Notes: generated from the letters alone by a model not told the origin. A DNA stretch of 63,203 nt, filler included, from Octopus bimaculoides (GCF_001194135.2; 6 parts of 6 records of this genome joined end to end with filler, not necessarily neighbours in it), one strand, 5' to 3'; counted from the whole stretch's first letter, positions 39,733-53,908 are shown. A program made the numbers and translations.

Positions 39733-40895
39733 TATTATTATCATCATCATCATTATTGTTGCTATCGTTGTTTTACCTCATTTGCATTATTTTCTGTTTC
39801 ATTTAACTCTACCAATCAAACCTTATGGAGTACCTTAATATATGAAATATAGCAAACCCCTCGGTTTGATTTGAACAGGGTTTACATACATACAAACCAT
39901 TACATGATCATACACACAAGAACTCAAACTTATAGACACAAACATACAACCGTATACATATCTATATACATATATATGTGTGTGTACATTTATATATATA
40001 TATATATATATNNNNNNNNNNNNNNNNNNNNNNNNNNNNNNNNNNNNNNNNNNNNNNNNNNNNNNNNNNNNNNNNNNNNNNNNNNNNNNNNNNNNNNNNN
40101 NNNNNNNNNNNNNNNNNNNNNNNNNNNNNNNNNNNNNNNNNNNNNNNNNNNNNNNNNNNNNNNNNNNNNNNNNNNNNNNNNNNNNNNNNNNNNNNNNNNN
40201 NNNNNNNNNNNNNNNNNNNNNNNNNNNNNNNNNNNNNNNNNNNNNNNNNNNNNNNNNNNNNNNNNNNNNNNNNNNNNNNNNNNNNNNNNNNNNNNNNNNN
40301 NNNNNNNNNNNNNNNNNNNNNNNNNNNNNNNNNNNNNNNNNNNNNNNNNNNNNNNNNNNNNNNNNNNNNNNNNNNNNNNNNNNNNNNNNNNNNNNNNNNN
40401 NNNNNNNNNNNNNNNNNNNNNNNNNNNNNNNNNNNNNNNNNNNNNNNNNNNNNNNNNNNNNNNNNNNNNNNNNNNNNNNNNNNNNNNNNNNNNNNNNNNN
40501 NNNNNNNNNNNNNNNNNNNNNNNNNNNNNNNNNGTGTGTTTGTGTGTGTGTGTGTGTGTGTATGACGTAGTGGAAGAAATTAGTAGCAGGACTGGTTAGT
40601 GGACGCTATAGACAGTGTAGGTAGAAGGTCAACAGGTGGTTATTTGAGTGTGTGTGTGTTCGTGTTTGTGTGGGGTTGTAGGTGCTAGGTACGTGTACGT
40701 GTGTGTGTGTATTTTGTATGTGCGCGTGTGTGTATGTGTATGTTTTCTGTGCGTGCGTGTGTGTTTTTGTGTGTATGTGTATGTTGTGTGTATGTGCGTT
40801 GCTGTGTACGTGTGTGTGCGTGCGTTTGTTATTGTATATGCGTGTGTTGTTTATGCCCATGTGTGCGTGATTGTATATATTTATATATATATAGA

Positions 40896-40951
<56 letters not shown>

Positions 40952-41045
40952 TAGATAGTTATATTCAATGCATATCCGTGTGCGTGCGTTTGTGTGTTAT
41001 TATTATTATTATTATTATTAGTAGTAGTAGTAGTAGTAGTGTAGT

Positions 41046-41080
<35 letters not shown>

Positions 41081-41814
41081 CAGCAGCAGCAGCAGTACTG
41101 GTAGTAGTAGTAGTAGTAGTAGTAGTAGTATCGTTATTATTATTATTATTATTATTGTTATTGTTAACCACAATTTTCCAAAGCCATAAATAAAGAAGAA
41201 TGAAAGAAATAATATGTATAATATGTGTGTGTTTGTATCTATACATATGTGTGCATGTATGTGTGTGTATACATGTATTTACGTATACATGTATTTACGT
41301 ATGTATGTATGTATGTATCTATCCATGTATGTATATATACGTACACACATGTAAAAAGATGAAATAAATACGAATAGGAAAAACCAAAAAGAAAAATGAA
41401 AATATTTGGTACGCAAAACAGACTAAGTGAAAAATCTCAACTTAAACAAAGCAATTACGAAAGATTAAGAGAAAGCAACAAATTTCGTTGTAGCAGCGTC
41501 TGAGTTCCTTGTAAGGTTCATAAATGTGATGCTAAACGAAAGTACAAAAAGCGTAACAAAACTCTAATGAAACACACGAAAATATGGTATTAGTTGTAAA
41601 CAAAAATACTTCGCTGTATCAATATCCTCGATTTAACGTTTCTATTTCGGTACCTTTGGTGTTTTATATTGATAATCCGTAGTTTATGACATTGCCATGT
41701 TTGATCTTGAAGTCCTTTTCTTTTCTTTTCTTTCTTTTTTTTGTTAGGTGGGGGGGGGGGCTGTGTTCATTACACGTTGGTATTAGACTGTACGTTTTTG
41801 GTCTTTTGTGCTTT

Positions 41815-41974
<160 letters not shown>

Positions 41975-42566
41975 ATATATATATATATATGCATTTATAT
42001 ATATATGTGTGTATATATATATGTATATATATATACACATTTCAAATGTTTCCGGTTTCCTTTTTATTCTTGCTCTCTTTTCTGGTGACTTTTCTGTATT
42101 TGCTGTTCTTACATTTAAGCTGTCAAATTGACATTCGGGGAAATATCAGCCACGCTTACTATACGGAAATACCCAAAAAGGATACACATATACATACGTG
42201 CACACACATATATCTATATATTTACGTACATCTTATATAAATATATACATATTTGGGTACATTTTGGTTATCTCACTCCCATTAAAATATTGCCCTTAAA
42301 AAATTCAATTATATCCCCACTAAAAAATCGAGTTAACGTAACAAGACATTGGATTAAAAGATTTAAATCCTTTCGATTCAAAACTTCAACACATTGTTGA
42401 CGTTTGACCTCCACAATAGCAATGGTGTGATTTGTCTTAAAAATGTTGTCAGATTCAGTAAGATGCTTAATTTTTTCAGTTTTCATATTTATTAATTTTT
42501 TCCGTTTTCATTTTTATTAATGTTTTAGTTTTGTATGATTTGTTGCAAAAACATTATTAGATTATT

Positions 42567-42957
42567 AGGCGTAGGAGTGGCTGTGGGCTAAGAAGCTTGC
42601 TTACCAACCACATGGTTCCGGGTTCAGTCCCACTGCGTGACACCTTAGGCAAGTGTCTTCTACTATAGCCTCGGGCTGACCAAAGCCTTGTGGGTGGATT
42701 TGGTAGACGGAAACTGAAAGAATTTCTTGGTATATATGCATGTATAAATGTGTGTGTGTGTTTGTGTCTGTGTTTGTCCCCTCAATCGCTTTACAACCGA
42801 TGCTGGGGTGTTTACGTCCCAGTAATTTAGCGGTTCGGCAGTGACCGATAGAATAAGTGCTAGGCTTACAAAGAATAAGTCCTGCGACCGATTTGCTCGA
42901 CTAAAGGCGGTGGTCCAGTATGGCCGCAGTCAATTGACTGAAACAAGTAAAAGAGAT
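42567..42957 (+). mobile_element. Near full-length SINE group B (CORE-like domain)
   Basis: tRNA-like head ggcgtaggagtggctg...gggttcagtccc, CORE-like caccttaggcaagtgtctt, internal (TG)n, 3' gaaacaagtaaaagag. Confidence 0.9.
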
Positions 42958-43804
42958 TCAAAACGATGTTTCATCTTTTCATTTTCTATATTTATTAATT
43001 CTTTTCTTTTTTTTTTATTGAGGGTTAAACAACTTTTTTTAGTTGAGGGAGATAACCAAGAGTACCGATATTTCTCGTAAAACAGCGGGGAGATAACTCA
43101 ATTTTTTAAATGTGGGTGAAATAACCAAAAAGTACAACATAGGTATATGTACACATACACACAGAAGCATACATATATACAAGGCTGTATACATATATAT
43201 ATAATATATTTAAGTATACATATATATGTATATACGTATATATATGAAATGCAAAATGTCATTTATAGTAAAGTAATAGCAGTAACTAGGAAAATATAAC
43301 ACTCGAATTATTGTGAACTAAAATAAGTTATTTATTTAAACGATTACTTACTGACTTCAAAATATTTCATGCGTGAGGATGTCTTTCAGACATTAAAATG
43401 ACGGGAAACAAGTTTCTATGTATTAAACATGGCCGCGCATACAAAGAGATGGAAGGAAGGGGTTGCAAAACGTATATAAGTATGCGGGTAAGTGGACCAA
43501 GTGATTCATGGAAAACGGATGTAAGGTATGAGGAATTAAGAAAAAAATTTATATATTTCAAAAGTGAGGTTGAAACAATGATTGATGTTACTAGGCGTTC
43601 TGTGGAAATAACAGATAGGCCTATTGGAGTAAAATGTTTGAAAAGAATATGGTGTTGGCATTTTGAAGCGAAATATATTTTATTCGTCTAAAAAACGGTA
43701 CCTGTTTGGAAATTTGGGAAATTTGAAAGTAATATTTACTCGAGTTTCTATAGTTAAGTCGAAAACTAACGAAAGGGCTGAAGAGAACTGCAAAGATTAT
43801 AACT

Positions 43805-44335
43805 AATTAATCATTTCTATTATAGGCACATCGACCTCAGTGTTTCACTGGTACTTATTTCATCAACCCCGAAAGGATGAAAGACAAAGTCAACCTCGGT
43901 AGCATTTGAACTCAGAACGTAGCGACGACAGACGAAAGAATTTTAATTTTTACAAAACGCTAGCAATGTTGAGGGGAAGGGCAAGTCGATTACATCCACC
44001 CCAATATCTGGATGGCGCTTATTTAATCGAACCCGAAATGAGGAAATGGAAAGTGGACCTCGGTTGAATTTGGACTCAGGTCCTAAAACGCCTGAAAAAT
44101 TGCTGTTATGCATTTTGTTTGCAGTGACGAATCTGTTAACTCACCACTTTACACTATTTAATATTAATAATATGTTTTGCTATAGGCATGAGGTCTGAAA
44201 ATTTTATCGACTCCACTTCATTGATATCGAAAGGGTGAAAGTCAAAGTCGACCTCGGCGAAATTTGAACTCACAACGTATGGACGGACGAAATGCCACTC
44301 AGAATTTTGCCCAGCGTGCTAACTATTCTGATAGT
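43805..44335 (-). mobile_element. Three tandem SINE group A copies
   Basis: The aaagtc(a/g)acctcgg...tttgaactca motif occurs at about 43887, 44050 and 44245. Confidence 0.85.
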
Positions 44336-45000
44336 TAGCAATCAGATACAAAGTAAATATAAATTATAATATTTGAAATGTTCCCAAAATGTAAACTGTA
44401 TCAAAGTTTCTTATAATATTAGGCTGTTTATAACTTTATAGTCTCCGCATACAGTTACATCGGTGAGATTGTCTTGATAAGTAATTGAGAGCGTTGAAAA
44501 ATGTTTGGCAGAATTCTTAGCAAAGTTGCTGATAAAGGCAAATTTAAAATAATTGTACTTAGGAAGAAATAAGAAGGAGCCAAAAAAACATTAACAAAAG
44601 GTAATGATAAAGTAAAATGAATAGAATGAGTTGAGCGGTTTTATATTCAGTGATGGAATAAAAAAAAAATGGGAGTATATATAAGAAAGCAAATAAATAT
44701 ATTAATTTCTTCGATTAAATAAATACAACAAAAGCAAAACAGTGAAATAGAGTGAAGTGAGGTCTGATGGGATTAAATAGGGCCAGGAGTTGATTAAATT
44801 AGAATAAACAGATTATCACTTCTGTGATGAAATGTTACTCTAAGAAATTTTTTAAGGGGAGGTGCTGTGCACTTGATGACATAAAGTGAACGGCAATGTA
44901 TATATCGTGAAGCGTAAATGATATAGAAGGGCACAATGATTATAAATACAAGCCAATACTGTTATAAAAGGAAACGGATTTCAATATTTAAACATTAAAA

Positions 45001-45470
45001 AAGGCGGCAAGGTTGCAGAATCGTAAGCACACCGGACGAAACGCTTACCAGCATTTCGTCTATCTTTACGTTCTGAGTTCAGTTGCTGTCAAGGTCGACT
45101 TTGCCTTTCATTCTTTCGGGGTGGGTAAAATAAGTACCAGTTATGTACTGGGACTGATGTAATCCCACTAGCTTGTTGACCTCGTGTCAAAAATTGAAAT
45201 CAATATCTAAACATTAAATAGTTGAATAGTTTAAATATTATATGCTTAAATACTGTGACCTGCCACAATCGTTAGCACGCCGGAGAAAATGCTTAGCTTC
45301 ATTTCGTCCGTGTTTCCGTTCAGAATTCTAATTCCACCATTGTACGCACTGCGTTTCATCCATTCGGGGTCGATAAAACACGTTCCAGTGGAGTGTTGTG
45401 GTTGATGCAATCTACTTGCTCCCCTCCCCACCAAATTGCTGGCCTTCTGCCACTACTTAAAACCAATATA
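45001..45470 (+). mobile_element. Two SINE group A copies
   Basis: Heads at about 45001 and about 45255. Confidence 0.8.
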
Positions 45471-45619
45471 TATTTAGTTATGGCGCAGGTTAAGCAGTTA
45501 AATTGTCTCAAGTAAAGAGATAGCTGAGTTAAACAGAGTTATGTAGATGTAAGTATGGTGTAGAAGGGATAAAGCAGAATCGCATGTTCTAAGTCGATAC
45601 AGGGATTCCAGTCTTAAAC

Positions 45620-45790
45620 TGTTCTGATGTTGTAGACCCAATTCTTCAGCTGGTATTTGTTTTATTGACCCAAAAGGATAAAACCAAAGTCGACCTTGGG
45701 AAAATTTGAACTCAGAACATAAAGACTGACGTAATGCCGCAAAGCATTTCGTCCGGCGTGCCAATAATTCTGCCTTCTCGCTGCTTTCGT
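45620..45790 (-). mobile_element. SINE group A
   Basis: aaagtcgaccttgggaaaatttgaactcagaac...ccggcgtgcc. Confidence 0.8.
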
Positions 45791-46787
45791 TGGTGTAGCT
45801 ACTGCAAATAAAACAATTAGAGTATAAAGAAAAGGTATAATTGGAATAGCAGCATGGTAAGACGGAGCTACAGAGAGCTTTAAAGAATCAATTGGATAGG
45901 TTAAGAAGATTCACCTACATTCATACACATGAAAATAGGAACATGTATAATCTAAATTAATGTCAATTTTATGTACCTAGAAAATTCGTCTCGTAGAACA
46001 AATAACTGATAGAAAGTCACAATAACAAGTAAAGCTATTTTCTCTATATTAATATATTTCTTCAAAATATTAACATAATGTCTACTTCATGGCATGGAAT
46101 CATTTTTTTTTTTTTGTTTCAAAAGATATGCAGTCATTTTCTTATCAATCGTTTTGTCAGCTTACCTTCAATGTTTTGCATCTCGCTGCTTTTATGTATC
46201 TCCTAGGTGTGCTGTTTAGATGCATTTCAAATCCTGCGATGATCGTAAGTTTCTGTGAGAATCTGAATGCCAGAAACAGCATACGTCCGCTTATATAGAT
46301 TTTTTGTTTATAAATTTCAATATCTGACATACTTGTGCTTGTTAATGTCTCTACGTATTTGATATAGCATAGCTTATATAAAACACTAAATCTGATTCGT
46401 TATGTCTTTGTTGTGCTAACTCGCTTATGATCTTGAACATTTTCGTTATAACGAATGCACTTACATATATATATTTGTATATATAGACGCACAGAAACAC
46501 ATACACACACGCACACACAAGCACACGCACAAACACGCACGCTGACGCACATGCAGACACGCAGACATACGTGTGTGTGTATAAATCTATATATATGTAA
46601 GTATAATAAATATATGTAAATATATCTATATATATATACATATATATACATAAATATATCTACATATATGTATATATATCTACATATATATATATATATA
46701 TATATATACATACATATGTTTACATATATATGTATATATATACACATATATATACGCATAAATATATATATGTATACATATATGCAT

Positions 46788-46836
<49 letters not shown>

Positions 46837-47025
46837 NNNNNNNNNNNNNNNNNNNNNNNNNNNNNNNNNNNNNNNNNNNNTTAATTAATTAANNNNNNNN
46901 NNNNNNNNNNNNNNNNNNNNNNNNNNNNNNNNNNNNAAAAAAAAAAAAAAAAAATATATATATAAAATTAACAGAATGATATAAAAATCCAAGGCTGTGA
47001 AAGATTTCAGATCATTTATAAAGAA

Positions 47026-47073
47026 GTCTTACAGCTGTTTCCGGGATATTTTATATATCCCTTCATCGGAGAC
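47026..47073 (-). ncRNA. Minimal type I hammerhead motif, U4C core variant
   Basis: Minus strand: gtct-CCGATGA-a gggatat ataaa atatccc g-GAAA-cagctg-TA-agac. Palindromic ACAGCTGT, GUA triplet; lies within a minus-strand element end at about 46953-47285. Confidence 0.65.
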
Positions 47074-47288
47074 GGTGCTAAAAAATGGTTAAGCAATAGT
47101 TATTCTGGAGAAGATATGAAATAGAGAGTGAAGTGGAGGAATTGAAAACAGAAGTGAAATATGCAGGGATATTGTATCTGCAGTTCCATTATTTAAGCAG
47201 AATGGTATACAAATAAGTTTCCTGTACCTTGTGTGTAAATTCCAATAGTGTTTAAAATTGGTCATTCCAAGCATAGAGTTTGCAAATT

Positions 47289-47449
47289 GGATCGACATCC
47301 CGGTCACGCGCCATTTCCATCTGTCTGTGTTCAGATTGTCCTTGCACAGGAGCCATCCGGACTCCCGTCTTCGCCGTGAACAGGAATTAATCTTCTCTCT
47401 TCGATCCTTTGCGCCACATGGGCTCAACTCTCCTCCCCTCTTCATTTAA
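47289..47449 (+). pseudogene. Penelope-like GIY-YIG C-terminal remnant
   Basis: IPVTRHFHL...SRLRREQELIFSLRSFAPHGLN, the RE..I..L....P.GLN signature, followed by a CT-rich tract. Confidence 0.75.
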
Positions 47450-48041
47450 CCCCCTCCTCTCTCCCCTCTTCCTATGACACCTATTACCTCCTTTCACTTC
47501 CACTCACCTCTCCTCTCTTGCTCTGACACCTACTTTCTGTCTTCACTCCTACTCACCTTCTCTCTTCCACCATCTCCCTTCATCGTCACCCCTCCATCGT
47601 TACCCAACTCCTACACATTCCCACCCCACCNNNNNNNNNNNNNNNNNNNNNNNNNNNNNNNNNNNNNNNNNNNNNNNNNNNNNNNNNNNNNNNNNNNNNN
47701 NNNNNNNNNNNNNNNNNNNNNNNNNNNNNNNNNNNNNNNNNNNNNNNNNNNNNNNNNNNNNNNNNNNNNNNNNNNNNNNNNNNNNNNNNNNNNNNNNNNN
47801 NNNNNNNNNNNNNNNNNNNNNNNNNNNNNNNNNNNNNNNNNNNNNNNNNNNNNNNNNNNNNNNNNNNNNNNNNNNNNNNNNNNNNNNNNNNNNNNNNNNN
47901 NNNNNNNNNNNNNNNNNNNNNNNNNNNNNNNNNNNNNNNNNNNNNNNNNNNNNNNNNNNNNNNNNNNNNNNNNNNNNNNNNNNNNNNNNNNNNNNNNNNN
48001 NNNNNNNNNNNNNNNAAATATTGTAATACATACATACACAC

Positions 48042-48072
<31 letters not shown>

Positions 48073-48569
48073 CATATATATTAGAGAATATAATTAAGAC
48101 CAATATTAATATTTTCAAAAATATATGTTAATACAACCTTATCAAGGCTATCCAAAATTAGTGAAATTCCAACTGAACATCTGGAAAATTACCAGTTTAT
48201 AAACGCTAACAAAAAGAATACCTACATTGAATTCAACCTAAGACATTCCTTCATTTAACAAATGGTGACGTCATTGGATAACGAAAATGTTTTATAAAGA
48301 TAAAATGAAAAATAAGCATATTTAAGAAAAATCATTCAGCTATTGGTGACGTCAGTGGATGATGAAATAAAAATGAAAATAAAAAATAAGAATTCTACAT
48401 TATGACAATTAGAAATCTACAAAGAAAAATAACCTAAAAAGGCATTCTTTTTAATATTATTGGTGACGTCACCATATAGCTAAAAAATAAAATATAAAGA
48501 GAAAAATTCTACGTTATGATTAATAGAAATTTAGATACCTTACGTCACAATAATTATTTATCTATTAAC

Positions 48570-49592
48570 TCATTCTATTAAACCTTTTATAAGAATTGAC
48601 CTTATATAACAAATGGTAATCTGATGGAGAAAGGTCTGGGGAATAAGGCAGATAAGCAATTTTCTCTCAGCCAAGTTCCTCAATCTTCTGTGACATGATC
48701 TTTGCAGTGTGGGGTCTTGCATTGTCCCTGATGAAAAGCCACTCCTTTTCGATTCACTAAAGCAGGCCTTTTTTCCCTTCAAACAGCGTTCGAACGCTCT
48801 AACTACTGACAATATATTTGAGCATTGACTATTGCATTAGTTGGTAACAACTGAAAATGGATCACTCCTTTGCAATCTCACCAATGACCCTTTTCGCATG
48901 GAGTTCCCTTTTCGGTTGTGACTAGGCCTTTCCCCTTCATCAAACCAGTGTCTATGACGCTTAACATTCTGATAAAAGACCCATTTTTTATCACCTGGCA
49001 CTAAGCTGTCCAAAAAGGGCAAGATGAGTTCACGAGAACGAAGAGAAGAGCAGATGTCCACTCGGGATTTGCAGTTGGCTTTAGACAAATCATGAAGCAC
49101 ATATTTTCCGAGTTTTGGGACCTTTCCAAGCTGTTGAAGATGGCGGTGAACAGTTGCACGGCTTGAACGAGGCCTGCTTGCCAATTCTTCAACTGCATTA
49201 TCTTTTTCAAATGCACTATCTTTTTCAAGTTCTGCCAAAAGAAGCTTGTCATCAAACATAATTGGACGTCTGAATTTTACAAACCATTTCTGCAAGTTCT
49301 TTTGTTCAGGCACTCTTCTCCTCCATAAGCTGAGTGAATATTTCGAGTCGCTTTAGCTACAGAGTTCTCTTTTTTAAACGTATAAAGTTCCTTAGAGACA
49401 CTTCCCTGTTTGAAGAGCTATAACTAGTGTAATTTCAATTAGATTATCCAGCAAAATGAAATTTAATTAGTTTAAATATGTGCAAGTACATATAAATATT
49501 ACCTGATGCCATTAGACATTCTAAAATACTGTTAATGCGTTTACAAATTGAAAATATAGAAGTCGGGACATTACTTATGGGATGACCTGATA
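48570..49592 (-). mobile_element. Mariner transposon relic, same family as 19677-20362
   Basis: TIR tatcaggtcatcccataagt at 49573-49592; KVPKLGKYVLHDLSKANCKSRVDICSSL, PGDKKWVFYQNVKR, YSPDLSPSDYHL; frameshifts and deletion. Confidence 0.9.
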
Positions 49593-49662
49593 TGTTGCTT
49601 TAATTATATATAACTACATGTGTATGTATGTGTACATGTATATGTGTGTGCGTGTGTATGTG

Positions 49663-49703
<41 letters not shown>

Positions 49704-50991
49704 GTACACGCATATATACATGTGCACATACGCGCGCGCACCAACACACACACACACACACACACACACATGGTTATTTTTCAATTGCTTTATCTTTATT
49801 GTTATTTCACTTCTTACTAATAATAATTATTTATACCACTCGTAATAGTACCTAACCATCTATATAGTCAATTCCACCACCTTGAATATAATAATAATTC
49901 ATATTTTGAAATTATTTAAATACTAGCAATGTTTTTACGATATTTAGGTATAAAAATATTTTTTAGTGTATCTAACTGTCTTATAACTAAAATTATGTAT
50001 GTTAAACAATATTTAATGAATGCAGACTAATATTGTTTTTCTGTATAGTTAACTTATACGCTTTAATCTAATCCCAATCTACAATACTAAATTATATTCA
50101 TCTTATCCTACATTACAACCTATTCTCTATTTACTTATATATTTGAACCTTTAATCCTTTAATCCTTGTTCATATTTTTCTTGATGTCAAACTCTATATT
50201 TTGTATACTCTGCTCCTACGAAGAATAAATGTATGATTATTCTCTTCTCTATTCTCATCTTAGAAAACTGTTTCGTTAATTTATATTAATTTTATTCTCA
50301 TTGTCTTCCACACTTTTTATAATTAAAAAAAATATTTACTTACATCTTCAAATTTCTAAATTTTAAAAATTCAATATTGCTCATATTTCTCTTGTTGATA
50401 TCAATCCATATATTTCATAAATATTGTCTCTAAATACTTTTAAGTTTCAGTATATCATTATTATTATTTTCTCTACTTTTACGATCTAGATTTTTAGTAA
50501 TAAATATATCTCATTTCTTTTATTATACTAATAATATCTACTAGTTACCTTTTAATTATATTACTAAAATTACCTTCCATTCATTAATCATTTTATAGCA
50601 ATATTATTATTGTCTTTATTTATCTGCGTTCGACAATTTTGTATTTAACAAAGATTTTCTTTCAACCGAAGCAAAAAGATTTTTTGCATTTTGCATTAAT
50701 GCAGACAAGTAATTTATTTATTATTAAATATAATAACATAAATTATATTCACATGCTTTAAGTTACAAAACAATTTATCCTGATATTTGAAATTTCTTAT
50801 TGTTAGATAAATTTTCATCATACTATTTCTCTGCGATTTATGACTTTATACACACCTTATCGTTTTCTTTTGAATCGTACTATATTCTGTATGTTATGTA
50901 GAATGATACATTAAGGAGTTTTTTATGAGTACTGCCAGATTACTTGAATCCATATATTGTGACTATATATATATATATATATTTATTGAAA

Positions 50992-51262
50992 GCTCGTGGT
51001 CTAGTGACTAGGCTGACGCAATCACGATCGCTAGATCGTGGGTTCGATTCCCTGATTGGGTTGCGCGTTGTGTTCTGGAACAAAACACTTTATTTCACGT
51101 GGCTCCAGTCCCCCTTTCGATCAGAGGGGAATGTTGGCCTGCTCGCCTAACAAGTGGAATGACGTCATTTGAAGGTTAAAACAATGCAAAAAACCACGCA
51201 TTGTGACCAGCGATGTGTTAAAACATCTGATAGCCCGGTCGGTCATGTGACGCGATATATAT
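50992..51262 (+). mobile_element. SINE group C
   Basis: gtggtctagtg...gtgggttcgattccc head; core and 3' part shared with 34316 and 54758. Confidence 0.8.
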
Positions 51263-52084
51263 AGGAACCATAAGTTAGCGATTAGGCGATAAGATATATA
51301 GTAAATTAGTAACAGGATATACAGTGGCGTAGATATCGAAATTACTGTGACAAATAACATATTTCCTAATCAAGTATGACTTCATAGCAGCGTGCATTAT
51401 CTCTTCGTTCCTGTTTTAGGTGCTCATGCAATCAGAACCAGAGGCAGACGCCCTCTCAGTTCTCGCACCCTTATTTAGTAGAACATCAAAGGCGTGACAT
51501 TTGGAAGGGGAAGAGAGCTGCACCTCTCTAACTTATTAATAGAAACAAAGTTCATTTGAAGGCCACCTTTATCCGCCTTATTACAGAATCAGGACATAAC
51601 TATAAAATATATAGGGACGAAGTTATAAATAGACATAGCGACATAGTTTTAAAATTCTATGAAATAACTAAAAATGCATAATGGCATATTCACAATTTAT
51701 ATTATGACTCAAAGCATCAAAACCAACAAAATTTTGAAATATAGTTAATGGTCTGTATGACGAAACTGTTTTATATATGCAATTGCTAACTACTATTATG
51801 TTTAGAGCAAGAATCACATAAGTAAACATGGTAAGGTGTATTACCATAACTGCTTGATAATGAGTAAACTTTATAGGCAATGATAAGTGATTTTGACCTT
51901 TGCTAAATACTTTTACTTCATTGCAAATGAACAAATCACAGATATGACAGTAAAGGTAAAGACCTCTTCGGTTATGAATGACCATGAGATTGCACCTAGA
52001 AAGTTACCCTCCGAGGCACAAGTCTGGGTAAGGTTGTTTATGGAAGACCAGCAGTCGCCTATGCACATCAGCCTCCCCTCTCCA

Positions 52085-52230
52085 TGCCACCAATATTATC
52101 CTAGGGAAAGGCAAATGCCAATACGCCAGTGATGTCGCAACTTATTTCTGCAGCAGAGTGACATAAAATAAAGTGTCTTACTCAAGAACACAACATATAG
52201 CCCGGTCCGATTGTGAGACCGAGGCTCTAA
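52085..52230 (-). mobile_element. SINE group C-related fragment
   Basis: Minus strand gttgtgttcttgagtaagacactttattt. Confidence 0.55.
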
Positions 52231-52314
52231 TCACTGTATATATTTTAGCAGCTGAATTTTCTGGCTTCCTGGAACATAACCCGGAAAAATTGAAATATTG
52301 CTCGCCTCGTTTAT

Positions 52315-53165
52315 GATTAAATGGAAAAATGCGAGCAAGAGAAATAATATTTTTAAGATTATAAACTTGGAAAATTACAGGACAAGTTATTACACTTGAA
52401 AAAATTCAGGACAACTTATTACATCTGGTAAAGTACAGAACAAGGAAATTTTTACTTAAAATATTGCAGATAAGGATAAAATTTCAAATAAAATATTTAG
52501 ATTTAGAAAATATTAGCTTCTATTAAAACTAAATATTTTATTACAAGTTATTACTTCTATTTCTTATTACTTGTTACTTCTATTAAAAATATAAAATAAC
52601 TCAATTAAAATATTTTTTGCACTTTAAAAAAATTCATTTTTAAAGTTATTAATTAATAATTAGAAATTTGAAAATAGGTTATAGAAATAATAATAGTACA
52701 TAATTAGTACAATAAAAAGAATAATACAAAAATTAGTTATATATTACAGTAAAATCTACCTATAACAACAAATTCACAGTAAAATTTGCTTGAGTTATTC
52801 CCAAGTCTTCACATTTCTAGTCTTGACCCAATGCTTATTTTTAACATAATGAATTTGTCTACCATATATACTATTCTACTTTGCATAAAACTTTAGCTAT
52901 ATTGGTACTTCTGGCTCTCATTTTTTAAGTATTCTAGTGTGTCAATATTTTACCGAAATGATGGTACTTTTTTAAATTATAATGTTACTTTGTAAATTAA
53001 AATCAAGTAACTTTTAATATTCAAATTTTATCCTTAGCTGCAATATTTTAAGTAAAAATTTTCTTGTTCTGTACTTTACCAGATATAATAACTTGTCCTG
53101 TACTTTTCTAGTTTTATAATCTTAAGAATATTATTTCTCTTGCTTGCATTTTTCCATGTAATCCA
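52315..53165. mobile_element. AT-rich fold-back element with about 150-bp imperfect inverted arms
   Basis: 52315-52490 pairs with 53017-53165; the left arm has an extra 29-bp internal duplication. Confidence 0.7.
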
Positions 53166-53908
53166 TGTTTCTTCCAGGCTATGCTATTATGCTAATTAAT
53201 AATGTATCAAATGTGTCAATTAGTGGTGTCATTGATAATTTTTTCCTGACCTCAATGATGCTGGTGACATATTAAAAGTCCCTTTATAGAACTATATTCA
53301 TAAAAAAGTATAGAGCTACATTATTACCCTCAAATTTGAGAAACAAACACTCATAACTGTTTTCTTTTAAAACCTCATTGCATGAGATTGATACCATTGA
53401 AATTCCTCGAATTGAGCTTTCTCATTTAAGCTTAATTAGAATATAGTTTGCTTTTAAAATAAAAAAAGCTAATTATACTTAAATCCAATTTTTTGCCTTA
53501 CTTATATATTTTTCATGATATTTTGCCTCACAACTTTTTTGATACAAAATTTTGTTGCATGGGTATAAAACTATGAAATTCTTCATGCGTTCTTCTACCA
53601 TTGAAGCTAAGATAAATATATTTTGTTTTTAAAATAAAGAAGTTATTTAGATCTAAACGTGATTGGTGGCGTTACTTACTCTCCTATAACGTTGCTACAA
53701 ATTTTGATGTAAACTTTTTTCTATTGGATCAAATTTCAATTTTTTAAGCCAAAATGTAGCTAGGAACCAGTCCTCTTCAAAAAGGTTAATAGTTTTCAAT
53801 TTGGTTGAGAACTAAAATAGTGACAAGCTCTGAAAGATGCTGCACGTGAGTAAATTGCGGCCTTAAGAATATTATTTAACCACCACCGTAGTTGTACGTC
53901 AGTTGAAG

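Noticed and set aside
49860-50940. Very AT-rich stretch with a GVYKV-like peptide on the minus strand
   Set aside because: All frames are riddled with stops; no assignable virus or transposon motif.
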